This document shows, one piece after another, positions 9,758-19,284 of a stretch of 64,000 nucleotides of DNA. The stretch is taken from positions 18,085 to 82,084 of the IMG/VR virus record IMGVR_UViG_3300020471_000623. One strand, 5' to 3'. Source of the stretch: a virus. The notes beneath the pieces are model-generated. The model did no database searches. It saw nothing but the letters and a program-made list of their open reading frames with translations, and was not told where the DNA came from. Numbering within the stretch: position 1 is the first letter of the stretch; each line of letters opens with the position of its first letter. The position numbers and the translations under genes were made by a program.

Positions 9758-9796
9758 AATAAGTAAATAAGATTTCAAAAGATTCACTCTGAGGGC

Positions 9797-9825
9797 TTGA
9801 CAATAGGTTCCTCAGAGTGCATAAT
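9797..9825 (+). promoter_or_regulatory. Early sigma70-type promoter
   Basis: TTGACA-ataggttcctcagagtg-CATAAT; inverted repeat CACTCTGAGG (9785-9794)/CCTCAGAGTG (9810-9819). Confidence 0.85.
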
Positions 9826-9863
9826 ATACGCATAATTAGTAAAAAGTAAGGACTTTATTAAAT

Positions 9864-12296
9864 ATGAACCAAATTCAAGCACAATCAATATTAGCAAAAT
9901 GTTTAGCAACAGAAAACATTGACATTATTCATGACCCAAAAATGGAAACTGCAGCATTCGATGTTAAGAATCGTAAACTGTATCTTCCAGTATGGCAGGA
10001 AATGTCTAAAGACTTATATGATTTGCTTATTGGACACGAAGTAGGACATGCACACGAAACTCCAGAAGCTGGATGGCATGATACAGTCATTGACAATCCT
10101 CAAAAGAAAGCATTTCTTAATGTTGTTGAAGACGTTCGTATAGAAAGAAAAGTTAAGGCAAGGTATCCTGGTTTAGTAAAGTCCTTTTACAAAGGTTACC
10201 AAGAACTATTTGATAAAGACTTCTTCGGTATCCAAGATTTAGATATTCAAGACCTTCCTTTAGTTGATAGAGTAAACTTACATTTTAAAATTGGACACTT
10301 ACTAGGTGTTGAATTTGCAGACGGATTTGAAAAAGATCTAGTTGAAAGAATTGGTAAGGCAGATACTTGGGCAGAAGTTGAAAAACTAGCTGACGAACTA
10401 TACAAGAATCATCAACAAGAAAGACAAGACAAGCAAGAAGAATATGATGAACTTCTTGAAAAACTTATGCCACACAGATTTACTTCTGAAGGACAACAAG
10501 AACAAGAAGAACGTCAACAACAAAGACAGCAAGCTCGTCAGAAAATGGAAGACAAAAAAGATGAGCTACAAGAAGCTTATGATAAAGAAGAACAAAGACG
10601 TAGAGATTTAAGAGACGAGGCATACGACAAAGGCGAAGACTTTGACTATGATCAGTTCAAAGATGAGAACGGTAACGACGAACATGATGAAAAATATTAT
10701 GACGGCACAACTCGTCAGGACAGAGAGGACTTCTACAATAAAGAAACAGAACTTGAAAAAGAAGAACAAGCAGATAAAGCTACAGAGGCAGAAGATCAAA
10801 AGATCAAAGATAGACTTGACGAGATTCAAAAGTTCTTAGACGAAGAAGGACATTCAATTACAGACGCTAACTACAGAAAGAACGAAGGTGATTTAGTAGA
10901 CCAAGACGCTGTTAGTAACTTATACGCTAAGCCATTCAACGACTTTGATGTTGAAGAAGTTATAGTTCCAATGGACGAACTATATGATTGGAACAAATGC
11001 GCAGATCTTACAAAAATATCTAGAAGCGAAGACTATGGTTGGGACGAGTCAACAGTTCCAACAGAAGAGTTACCAGGTTTAGGTCAAGAACTTTGGAAAA
11101 AATACCAAGCTCAACAACAACCTATTATCAACGCTATGGCTCAACAGTTTGAACTTAGAAAAGCAGCTACAGGTTTCAAGAAATCTAGAATTTCTAAAAC
11201 AGGTAAGTTGAACGAGGACAAACTTTGGGCTTACAAGTTGACAGAAGATATTTTCCAACAGACACAGATTGTTCCTAACGGTAAGAATCACGGTATCCTA
11301 ATGTATGTAGATATGTCAGGAAGTATGCACAAGAACTTCTACGGCACCCTACAACAAATGGAAACGGTTGCAATGTTCTGTAGAAAAGTAAACATTCCAT
11401 TTGATGTGTATGGTTTTTCAAGTGAAGCAAGAAAAGGAGCCCTACAATATGATGAGAATGGTTATGTTACTGATGAAAGACAAGTAGGTGAGGAAGGTAG
11501 AATAGTTCTTAACAGACATGATTCAATGGTCCACATTCTTAGTTCTAAGGCTAACAAGAAGGATTGGAACAATGCAATGGCATACCTACAAGTTATTAAA
11601 ATTTGCTACATGGGTTACAGATACTACGGTGACATCAATGATACAGATACACCTTACTATGGTTATGCAAGTAACAGACACTTTAGACTAGGTTCTACTC
11701 CACTTAACTTTGGAATTATTGCAGGCACAGAAATTGCACAAAGATTCCAGAAAAGATACAATGTAGAGAAGTTGACTACAATCTTCTTAACAGACGGTGG
11801 TGCTACAGATTATGTTACTGTTAGGACTGAAGACAATGGTAGAGTTCAAGCAGGTTCATATGAAACTAAAAGATTGGTTATCCAAGACGGTAGTTCAACA
11901 TGTGCTCTTCCTCAGAAGTCATCATACTATGGTGGTAGAGAAGAAACAACTAACACTCTGCTTACATACTACAAGCAAAAGACAGGGTCTACAGTAATTA
12001 ATTTCCACATATTAGAGTCAGGTAAAAGATATGACTTTGATAGAGAGATAGGTGGTTACATGGACGACTTATCCTGGAAAAAGATTCTTAAGGACAAGTT
12101 CACAATGTTCACTCCTAAAGCAGGATACGATGCAAGGTTCCTACTTAAAGGTAAGGACGATCTTAAAATTAAGAGCACAGAACTTGAAGTAAAATCCAAC
12201 AAAAAAGGAGATTTACTTAGAGGTTTTAGACAGTTTAACAAAGGAAAGTCAGGACAAAGAACTTTCCTCAACCAAATCATAGAGTTAGTAGCATGA
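9864..12296 (+). CDS. Zincin-like + acidic linker + von Willebrand A protein (CobT-like partner of the AAA+ ATPase)
   Basis: HEVGH and EDVRIE at the N-terminus; MIDAS DMSGS, GSTPL and FLTDG; adjacent to cobS. Confidence 0.8.
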   Translation: MNQIQAQSILAKCLATENIDIIHDPKMETAAFDVKNRKLYLPVWQEMSKDLYDLLIGHEVGHAHETPEAGWHDTVIDNPQKKAFLNVVEDVRIERKVKARYPGLVKSFYKGYQELFDKDFFGIQDLDIQDLPLVDRVNLHFKIGHLLGVEFADGFEKDLVERIGKADTWAEVEKLADELYKNHQQERQDKQEEYDELLEKLMPHRFTSEGQQEQEERQQQRQQARQKMEDKKDELQEAYDKEEQRRRDLRDEAYDKGEDFDYDQFKDENGNDEHDEKYYDGTTRQDREDFYNKETELEKEEQADKATEAEDQKIKDRLDEIQKFLDEEGHSITDANYRKNEGDLVDQDAVSNLYAKPFNDFDVEEVIVPMDELYDWNKCADLTKISRSEDYGWDESTVPTEELPGLGQELWKKYQAQQQPIINAMAQQFELRKAATGFKKSRISKTGKLNEDKLWAYKLTEDIFQQTQIVPNGKNHGILMYVDMSGSMHKNFYGTLQQMETVAMFCRKVNIPFDVYGFSSEARKGALQYDENGYVTDERQVGEEGRIVLNRHDSMVHILSSKANKKDWNNAMAYLQVIKICYMGYRYYGDINDTDTPYYGYASNRHFRLGSTPLNFGIIAGTEIAQRFQKRYNVEKLTTIFLTDGGATDYVTVRTEDNGRVQAGSYETKRLVIQDGSSTCALPQKSSYYGGREETTNTLLTYYKQKTGSTVINFHILESGKRYDFDREIGGYMDDLSWKKILKDKFTMFTPKAGYDARFLLKGKDDLKIKSTELEVKSNKKGDLLRGFRQFNKGKSGQRTFLNQIIELVA

Positions 12297-12313
12297 TTCT
12301 TTTGAAAAAATGC

Positions 12314-12342
12314 TTGACTCTTGGTTCGCCAGAGTGCATAAT
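12314..12342 (+). promoter_or_regulatory. Early sigma70-type promoter
   Basis: TTGACT-cttggttcgccagagtg-CATAAT with an upstream A tract. Confidence 0.85.
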
Positions 12343-12380
12343 ATACAGTATAAATTAAATTAATAAGTGAGGACTTAATT

Positions 12381-13568
12381 ATGAAGAAAATAGATAGAGA
12401 AAACCTAGTAGCCAGACTCCAAGAACAGGACAACGGCACAGGTGTTTTTACTCGTAGGCAGATTATAGATACTGCCGAGAGCTTAGGACTAGGCTTCCCA
12501 GCTTGGTTAGTAAATGGTAGGAAAGACCTTAAAGTAGACAGAGGTGTTTACAACCTTACAGCAATGTTCGGTGGTCAGGCAGTAGCTCCAGTAGCTCAAC
12601 CTACTATTCCAGCAGCTCAACCAATTGAGGTTGTTGAAACTAAGAATCCTGAATTTGTAGTTCAGGCAAAACTTCAAGTAGAAGTTGATAACTTGGTTCC
12701 AAACAAAGACGAAACTTTCGTCCCTTTTGGTTTTTACAAAGATTTGAAAAAGGTATTACAAGGTAACTTGTTTTATCCAATTTTCATAAGTGGCTTATCA
12801 GGTAATGGTAAGACTACAATGGTAGAACAAGTATGTGCTAATCTTAAAAGAGAGGCTATACGAGTTAATATTAGTATTGAAACTGATGAGGATGATTTAA
12901 TCGGTGGCAATACTCTAGTTGACGGTAACGTCGTTTACAGAGAGGGACCAGTCCTCACCGCTATGAAGCGTGGTGCCATTCTAATACTTGATGAAATAGA
13001 TAGAGGCTCAAATAAAATGATGTGTCTTCAGGCAATACTAGAAGGCAAGCCTTATTTCAACAAGAAAACAGGCGAAACCGTAGCTCCTGCTCCCGGCTTT
13101 AACATTGTTGCAACAGCCAACACAAAAGGTCGAGGTTCAGACGATGGCAAATTTATTTCAGCCAACATACTCGACGAGGCATTCCTAGAAAGGTTTGCAA
13201 TTACCGTGGAGCAGGAGTATCCTACAATGGCAACCGAGAAAAAGATTGTCCTAAGAAAAATGGACAGAGCTAATATCCAAGATGAGGATTTTGCTACACA
13301 CTTGGTTACATGGTCAGATGTTATTCGTAAAACATATTACGAAGGTGCAATTGACGAGTTGATTTCAACACGTAGGTTAGAACACATCGTGAACGCGTTT
13401 GCCGTATTTGGCGACAAACAAAAAGCAGTTCAACTTTGTGTCAACAGGTTTGACGAAGATACTAAACAAGCATTCATTGACTTGTATAGTAAAGTTGACC
13501 CTACAGTTGAACTTAACGAGGCTGATGTAGACTCTGAACAAGAGATACACGAAGATGGCGAAAGTTAA
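12381..13568 (+). CDS. cobS: CobS/MoxR-family AAA+ ATPase
   Basis: GLSGNGKT, ILDEID, ATANTKG, AFLERF and STRRL motifs typical of T4-like phage CobS. Confidence 0.9.
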   Translation: MKKIDRENLVARLQEQDNGTGVFTRRQIIDTAESLGLGFPAWLVNGRKDLKVDRGVYNLTAMFGGQAVAPVAQPTIPAAQPIEVVETKNPEFVVQAKLQVEVDNLVPNKDETFVPFGFYKDLKKVLQGNLFYPIFISGLSGNGKTTMVEQVCANLKREAIRVNISIETDEDDLIGGNTLVDGNVVYREGPVLTAMKRGAILILDEIDRGSNKMMCLQAILEGKPYFNKKTGETVAPAPGFNIVATANTKGRGSDDGKFISANILDEAFLERFAITVEQEYPTMATEKKIVLRKMDRANIQDEDFATHLVTWSDVIRKTYYEGAIDELISTRRLEHIVNAFAVFGDKQKAVQLCVNRFDEDTKQAFIDLYSKVDPTVELNEADVDSEQEIHEDGES

Positions 13569-14013
13569 GTTAAACGAAACTGTAACTCATAAGGTCACCG
13601 AATATAAATTCGGTGATCTTACATCTGAGGAACTGAAAGAAACATTTCAAGATGGCAGGATTGCTTCTTGGTTTATGGAACAACAATTACCATATTGGTA
13701 TCCAGAATTAACCAGAGTAACAGGCCAAAAAGATCATGATCATATAGATAATACAGGCAGGTTATTTGATCAGAAGACGTTTACTGCCAGAGGTGTAACT
13801 TGTTTACCTAGTAACCAGCAAGGTAAAGGCAGAACTTTTAATGAAGAGGCTGCTTATGAAAAGGCAAACAAGTTAATTTATATTATTACAGACGTGAATG
13901 ACTTTCCAAATATTCATGTAAGATTTGTAGAGGGTAAAGAATTAATTAATAATTATCCTCAATTGAAAGTTAAATTCACACAACGAGAGGAGTTCTTATG
14001 GCCAAAGATATAG
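13555..14013 (+). CDS. Hypothetical protein, possible PD-(D/E)xK nuclease
   Basis: HD...FDQKT pattern; ORF overlaps both neighbours. Confidence 0.5.
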   Translation: MAKVKLNETVTHKVTEYKFGDLTSEELKETFQDGRIASWFMEQQLPYWYPELTRVTGQKDHDHIDNTGRLFDQKTFTARGVTCLPSNQQGKGRTFNEEAAYEKANKLIYIITDVNDFPNIHVRFVEGKELINNYPQLKVKFTQREEFLWPKI

Positions 14014-14303
14014 ATTATAAATTTAATGAAGGTGAACTTACAAAAGAACTAGCAGATTATATTGATGCCACATACGATGGACACTATTCTAAAAACAAAT
14101 TCCAATCTACGGAATTCATTGTTGATTGTGGACATGGTATTGGATTTACAATAGGAAATATTCTAAAGTATGCACAACGTTACGGTAGAAAAGGCACCAC
14201 AGAGGACCATAGAAAGGACCTAATGAAGGTTCTACATTATGGCATTATTGCTTTATCCATTCACGATAACGAAACTACACAGCACTATTTAGACGAAGAG
14301 TAA
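13998..14303 (+). CDS. DUF3310-like protein (nucleotide-metabolism associated)
   Basis: GHY, GFTIGNILKYAQRYGRKG, DLMKVLHY. Confidence 0.75.
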   Translation: MAKDIDYKFNEGELTKELADYIDATYDGHYSKNKFQSTEFIVDCGHGIGFTIGNILKYAQRYGRKGTTEDHRKDLMKVLHYGIIALSIHDNETTQHYLDEE

Positions 14304-14306
14304 CCA

Positions 14307-14630
14307 ATGACATTCGTCGTCGGTTCACCTTGTGTAGGTTGCAAAGATACAAAGTGCGTTACAGTATGCCCTGTGGATTGTTTCCACGAGGGTCCTAACA
14401 TGCTTGTAATCAATCCCGACGACTGTATTGATTGTGGACTTTGTGTTCCTGAATGTCCTGTATCAGCAATATGGAGTGAAGATGAAGTCCCTGCTGAGGA
14501 GATAGAATTTATAGAAATAAATGCCAAAAAAGCATATGAATGGCCTGTTATAGATGAAGAGAAAGAGCCTATGGCACATAAATCTCCCCACACAACAGCA
14601 GAAGCTATAGCAGTAGTTCTACTAGACTAA
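14307..14630 (+). CDS. fdxA: FdxA/FdI-type dicluster ferredoxin
   Basis: [18 protein letters not shown] and [16 protein letters not shown]. Confidence 0.92.
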   Translation: MTFVVGSPCVGCKDTKCVTVCPVDCFHEGPNMLVINPDDCIDCGLCVPECPVSAIWSEDEVPAEEIEFIEINAKKAYEWPVIDEEKEPMAHKSPHTTAEAIAVVLLD

Positions 14631-14641
14631 TAAATACATAT

Positions 14642-16195
14642 ATGAATCATGGAATGATATTAGGTTGTCTCCAGGCACATCCTGGTTGGCAAGGGCAGGG
14701 TAAAGACAATAATTGGATAAGTCTAAAACGTTCTGCTGGTTCTCATAAAATTGCTAGTTTTATGAGGAAAGAAGGTTGGGATATTGAAGTCATAGATTAT
14801 TGGTTAGCATTTACTGAGGAAGAGTTTCAAACATTAATTAGAGCTAGAGTAACAAGTGATACAAAATTTATAGGAGTATCTGTTACATTTGGTTTCAGAG
14901 GAGATACTCTAAAAAGAGCACAAGATAATCTTACATGGTTAAAAGAAAACTATCCAGATATCATGATCGTTGCAGGTTCTAAATCCATTAGTGATACAAT
15001 GAACTTACCTTGTGATTATTATGTAACAGGTTACGGAGAGTTTGGACTACAACATCTATTAAATGGAACAGCAAAGATAACAGATTTTCAAGGCAAGAAG
15101 GTTGTAAATTCAGATAAAGATCATCCATGTTTTCCTCAAAAAGATTTAGTAACAAGATACGAAGAAAGAGATTTTATACAACCAACGGATACTTTAACCT
15201 TAGAACTATCCAGAGGATGCAAATTTAAATGTAAATTTTGTTCTTACAATGCTATAGGATTGAAAGGCGACATTGATAGAGATATGTCTACACTATATGC
15301 AGAGCTAAAAGAAAATTATGAGAAGTGGGGTGTAACAGATTACCACGTAGCAGATGAAACAACAAACGACAACACAGAAAAATTAAGACGAGCTGCTGAG
15401 GAGATTAGAAAATTACCTTTCACACCTAACATGACAGGATTTATTAGAGCAGATCTTTTAATATCCAGAGAACATGATAAAGAGTATTTGGCAGAGATGG
15501 GATATTGGGCACACTTCTATGGTATAGAAACTTTTGACCAAAAGGCAGGACAAGTAATTGGTAAAGGTATGAATAGGGACAAACAGAAACAAGGTTTGTT
15601 AGATCTCAGAGATTACTTCTGGAAACAATGTGGTAGATATCGTAGCACAACATCTCTTATTGTAGGTTTACCTTACGAAACAAGACAGTCATTATTTGAT
15701 GGTTTAGATTGGCATAAAGAGAACTTTCCAAAAGAAAACTTACAGATAAATATATTGTTCATAAATAAATTTGCAGAACATTTAGGAGATATGTTTTCTC
15801 AATCTGATTTTGATATGACTTGGAAAGATGGAAAACACTTTCACGAAAGATTAATACAGGATGATGAGGAAGTAGAAGCAACACCAGAAGCATTTGTTGA
15901 TGGCCTTAAACATTTATGGTTTAACTATAAAAGACATTCTGCTTTACCCTGGTCTCATGATACATTTAATTGGTGGACAGCACATCTTGCAACAAGAGAT
16001 ATCTACATGTCTAATAAAAATTATATGAGAGATAGAGGCCCTATGAATTGGGACTTATTTAATTTTACAACTCCTGGAACATATGATTGGGATAGTGTAT
16101 TAGAAATGTCTTATGATGATTATGATGAAGAAAGATTGGAAAAAGATACAAAATTACATATCCAAAAATATAAAAATGCTAAGTTAAACGTATAA
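14642..16195 (+). CDS. Cobalamin-dependent (class B-like) radical SAM enzyme
   Basis: N-terminal B12-binding-like Rossmann region (YVTGYGE), SRGCKFKCKFC, ADET, YGIET, LIVGLPYET. Confidence 0.85.
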   Translation: MNHGMILGCLQAHPGWQGQGKDNNWISLKRSAGSHKIASFMRKEGWDIEVIDYWLAFTEEEFQTLIRARVTSDTKFIGVSVTFGFRGDTLKRAQDNLTWLKENYPDIMIVAGSKSISDTMNLPCDYYVTGYGEFGLQHLLNGTAKITDFQGKKVVNSDKDHPCFPQKDLVTRYEERDFIQPTDTLTLELSRGCKFKCKFCSYNAIGLKGDIDRDMSTLYAELKENYEKWGVTDYHVADETTNDNTEKLRRAAEEIRKLPFTPNMTGFIRADLLISREHDKEYLAEMGYWAHFYGIETFDQKAGQVIGKGMNRDKQKQGLLDLRDYFWKQCGRYRSTTSLIVGLPYETRQSLFDGLDWHKENFPKENLQINILFINKFAEHLGDMFSQSDFDMTWKDGKHFHERLIQDDEEVEATPEAFVDGLKHLWFNYKRHSALPWSHDTFNWWTAHLATRDIYMSNKNYMRDRGPMNWDLFNFTTPGTYDWDSVLEMSYDDYDEERLEKDTKLHIQKYKNAKLNV

Positions 16196-16207
16196 ATATT
16201 ATAAATA
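16191..16207 (+). promoter_or_regulatory. Tandem T4-type late promoters
   Basis: TATAAATA at 16191-16198 and 16200-16207. Confidence 0.75.
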
Positions 16208-16229
16208 GTAAAACAAGATAGAGGTAAAC

Positions 16230-16589
16230 ATGGCCTATAAAGTAACAGTAACATACAAAAGACCTAACACAGGAGTTGACTTTCCTAAGGCAGCAGATCA
16301 TGACAGTGATTACTACGATTGGTTAAGACAAGAATACCAAGACCGTAGTATTTCTCCTTCATTTGAATTGTCAGAAGATGAACTAACATTGAAGGCTTCA
16401 AGTGAATGTGCAGACAGAGCAACTTATGATGCTTGGAGAGCAGCAGATGATGCCGATGGTAGATATGCAGCTACAGTTAAAGCTGGCATTAATTCAGACT
16501 TAGCATCTAGAAACATTACAGTTAAAATAGATGCTGAAGAAGATGGAACAGTTACTAATCTTGTTGCAGAAGGAAACGCACTTCCCTAA
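16230..16589 (+). CDS. Hypothetical late protein
   Basis: SD GAGGT; follows tandem late promoters. Confidence 0.75.
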   Translation: MAYKVTVTYKRPNTGVDFPKAADHDSDYYDWLRQEYQDRSISPSFELSEDELTLKASSECADRATYDAWRAADDADGRYAATVKAGINSDLASRNITVKIDAEEDGTVTNLVAEGNALP

Positions 16590-16619
16590 CCAAAACGTAG
16601 CAATTGGTATGCTACACTA

Positions 16620-16648
16620 TTGATTTATACTATGAAAGATCCTATAAT
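16620..16648 (+). promoter_or_regulatory. Sigma70-type promoter for gp45
   Basis: TTGATT-17 nt-TATAAT; CAATTGGT 11 nt upstream of the -35. Confidence 0.7.
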
Positions 16649-16679
16649 AATAGGATAATAAATTTGGAGATATTATATT

Positions 16680-17336
16680 ATGAAAATTAGTAATGATACT
16701 ATTGAAGTCCTAAAAAACTTTGCAGGTATTAACACAAACATTCTCGTTCGAGAAGGCAACACACTTTCCACAATTAGCACAGGCAAAAATATTTTTGCTA
16801 AGGCAGAATTGAAGGAAACATTTCCAAAAGAATTTGCAATCTATGATCTAAATAGTTTGCTATCTCTTCTTACATTAACTGAAGATGCTGATATTAGCTT
16901 TGAAGATGAAAGTCTAAAAGTTAGTAAAGGTAATTCTGTTTTTGAATATTTTTATGCAGACCCTAACATTATTGTTACTGCTCCTGATAAAAGTATTGAA
17001 GTAGATAACTTCTTCCAGTTCGACTTAACAAAAGATGATATTGATATGATCATGAAGGCAGCAGCTATTACAGCAGCTCCTATGTTAAGTATTGTAGGAC
17101 AAGGTGGAGAAGTAATTGTTACAGTAGGAGACCCTAGCACACCTAAGTCTAATAGTTTTAGACAAGTTATAGGAACTACTGATAAGGAATTTGATGCCAG
17201 ACTTGCAGTGGAGAATTTTAAAGTTATTCCTGCTAGTTATACAGTAACACTTTCTCAGAAGAAGTTTATGTTCTTGGAAAGTAGCAAAAGTGAATTGAAA
17301 TATTGGTTGGCGCTTGAGCGTTCTTCCACTATATAA
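16680..17336 (+). CDS. gp45: DNA polymerase sliding clamp (T4 gp45)
   Basis: MKISNDTIEVLKNFAGIN, FAIYDLN, C-terminal YWLALE; synteny. Confidence 0.93.
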   Translation: MKISNDTIEVLKNFAGINTNILVREGNTLSTISTGKNIFAKAELKETFPKEFAIYDLNSLLSLLTLTEDADISFEDESLKVSKGNSVFEYFYADPNIIVTAPDKSIEVDNFFQFDLTKDDIDMIMKAAAITAAPMLSIVGQGGEVIVTVGDPSTPKSNSFRQVIGTTDKEFDARLAVENFKVIPASYTVTLSQKKFMFLESSKSELKYWLALERSSTI

Positions 17337-17345
17337 GGAGACGTT

Positions 17346-17531
17346 ATGGACGAAGATAAATTAGAGGTTACTCTTAGAGAGGCAACCAATGGTTGGATTG
17401 TAGAATTCAACAGAAGTGGTGAAACTGTAGAATACATTTTCACAAGACCTAACCCAGCTATCTCATTAGTTAGAAAAGTAATGAAGGGAGAGCTAGATGT
17501 ATTTGGAACGGAGGATGACATCGATGAGTGA
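17346..17531 (+). CDS. Hypothetical protein
   Basis: SD AAGGAG; 61-aa ORF with NGW turn motif. Confidence 0.65.
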   Translation: MDEDKLEVTLREATNGWIVEFNRSGETVEYIFTRPNPAISLVRKVMKGELDVFGTEDDIDE

Positions 17532-18114
17532 GTTAGCAACAAGTTTACCAGCAGTTAAATTTAAGAAACATGTAAAGGCAACTGATGGTATTGCAAGATG
17601 GGTTGATATAGACATATCAGAGTTGGCAGAAGGTAAAAAGATTGTAATCTTTGGATTGCCTGGTGCTTTTACTCCTACATGTTCTAGTCAACAACTACCT
17701 GGTTTTGAGGAAAACTATTTTCTATTTCGAGATGCAGGTATAGATGATATTTATTGTGTGACAGTAAATGATACTTTCGTATGCAGTAAATGGGCAATGG
17801 ACCAAGAGCTTGCCAATGTAAAAGTATTACCAGATGGTAGTGGAGAATTTACAATTAAAATGGGTATGGACGTTAGGAAAGATAACCTAGGGTTTGGTAT
17901 GAGATCTTGGAGATATGCAGCAGTATATGACGATGGCATGCTTGTCTGGTCAGGTGTTGAAGAAGGATTTGGAGATAATTTTGAGGGTGACCCTTATGAA
18001 GTTTCTAAACCTGAGAATGTCCTAGAAGCTGTGAAAGGTTTGAACTTTACTAAAGGTAAAGAGATAAATTTGGACTTTTCAGATACGACAGATGTTAAGG
18101 AGACTTTTTCGTAG
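17524..18114 (+). CDS. Peroxiredoxin (Prx5-like)
   Basis: PGAFTPTCS, VNDTFV, DGSGEF, RSWRY; SD GGAGG before ATG 17524. Confidence 0.93.
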   Translation: MSELATSLPAVKFKKHVKATDGIARWVDIDISELAEGKKIVIFGLPGAFTPTCSSQQLPGFEENYFLFRDAGIDDIYCVTVNDTFVCSKWAMDQELANVKVLPDGSGEFTIKMGMDVRKDNLGFGMRSWRYAAVYDDGMLVWSGVEEGFGDNFEGDPYEVSKPENVLEAVKGLNFTKGKEINLDFSDTTDVKETFS

Positions 18115-18190
18115 ACCTTTTTCTACGGTCAAAAAACCGTCCGAAAAAAAGAGCAAAAAAGTTTCTGACTAAATTATGATATGGTGAATT

Positions 18191-19129
18191 ATGGAAACAG
18201 GACAATTTTTATGGGTTGAAAAATATAGACCCATGCACATACAAGATTGTATTTTGCCTGAACAGGTAAAAGAACAATTCCAACAATTTATAGCAAAGGG
18301 AGAAGTTCCTAACTTGCTATTATCTGGTTCTGCAGGAACAGGTAAAACAACAATAGCTCGTGCTTTATGTAATGAACTAGGTTGTGACTACATTGTTATT
18401 AATGGTAGTGATGAAGGCAGACAGATAGATACTCTCAGAACAAAGATAAAGCAGTTTGCATCTGCTGTATCTTTTGAGGGTAAAACAAAGGTAGTTATAT
18501 TAGATGAGGCTGACTATATGAACAGAGATAGTGTTCAGCCAGCCCTTAGAGCGTTCATAGAAACGTTCTCTGAGAACTGTAGGTTTATATTTACATGTAA
18601 CTACTCTAATAGGCTTATAGAGCCCCTACATAGCAGGACTACTGTTATAGACTTTAAGTTAGCCCCCTCAGACAAGCCTGTATTAGCGTCTAAGTTCCTT
18701 AAACGTATGGAATACATACTGAATAATGAGGGTGTAGACTACAATCAGAGGGTTCTGGCGGAGCTTTTAAACAAGTATTTTCCAGACTATCGTAGGGTTA
18801 TAAATGAGCTACAGAGATACTCTGTGGGAGGTTCTATAGATGAGGGTATATTAAGTAACTTCCAAGAAATCAATGCTAAGGCCCTAGTAGAGAGCCTCAG
18901 AGAGAAGGATTGGAAGAAGATGAGGCAATGGATTGCCAACAATATAGACACAGACCCACAACATGTATTTAGGCAGATATATGATATATTACTGCCTGAA
19001 GTTAAGGGTATTCCACACTTGGTCTTGTTAATTGCAGATTATCAGTATAAAGCAGCTTTCGTTGCAGATCAGGAAATTAACTTGACAGCCTGTTTGACTG
19101 AAATAATGGCAAATGTGGAATTTAAGTAA
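18191..19129 (+). CDS. gp44: Clamp loader large subunit (T4 gp44)
   Basis: LWVEKYRP, GSAGTGKT, ILDEAD, SR motif. Confidence 0.95.
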   Translation: METGQFLWVEKYRPMHIQDCILPEQVKEQFQQFIAKGEVPNLLLSGSAGTGKTTIARALCNELGCDYIVINGSDEGRQIDTLRTKIKQFASAVSFEGKTKVVILDEADYMNRDSVQPALRAFIETFSENCRFIFTCNYSNRLIEPLHSRTTVIDFKLAPSDKPVLASKFLKRMEYILNNEGVDYNQRVLAELLNKYFPDYRRVINELQRYSVGGSIDEGILSNFQEINAKALVESLREKDWKKMRQWIANNIDTDPQHVFRQIYDILLPEVKGIPHLVLLIADYQYKAAFVADQEINLTACLTEIMANVEFK

Positions 19130-19284
19130 TGGCCAAAAAAGACGCTGTTCTGACTCTTAGGGTTTCTGCTCAAGAAAAAGAAGAAATCAAGAAAGAAGCA
19201 GAAATTAGAGAAATAACAATTACAGAACTTCTGATGAAAGGCTTCAAAATCATGAAAGAAGGACAATACATTGACTTTAAGTAA
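19129..19284 (+). CDS. 51-aa ribbon-helix-helix-like protein (not in ORF track)
   Basis: TAATG overlap with the gp44 stop; MAKKDAVLTLRVSAQEKEEIKKEAEIREITITELLMKGFKIMKEGQYIDFK. Confidence 0.7.
   Translation: MAKKDAVLTLRVSAQEKEEIKKEAEIREITITELLMKGFKIMKEGQYIDFK

Noticed and set aside
9864-13568. De novo cobalamin biosynthesis by cobS/cobT
   Set aside because: No cobN or other cob genes in the window; domain architecture fits a MoxR-VWA system.
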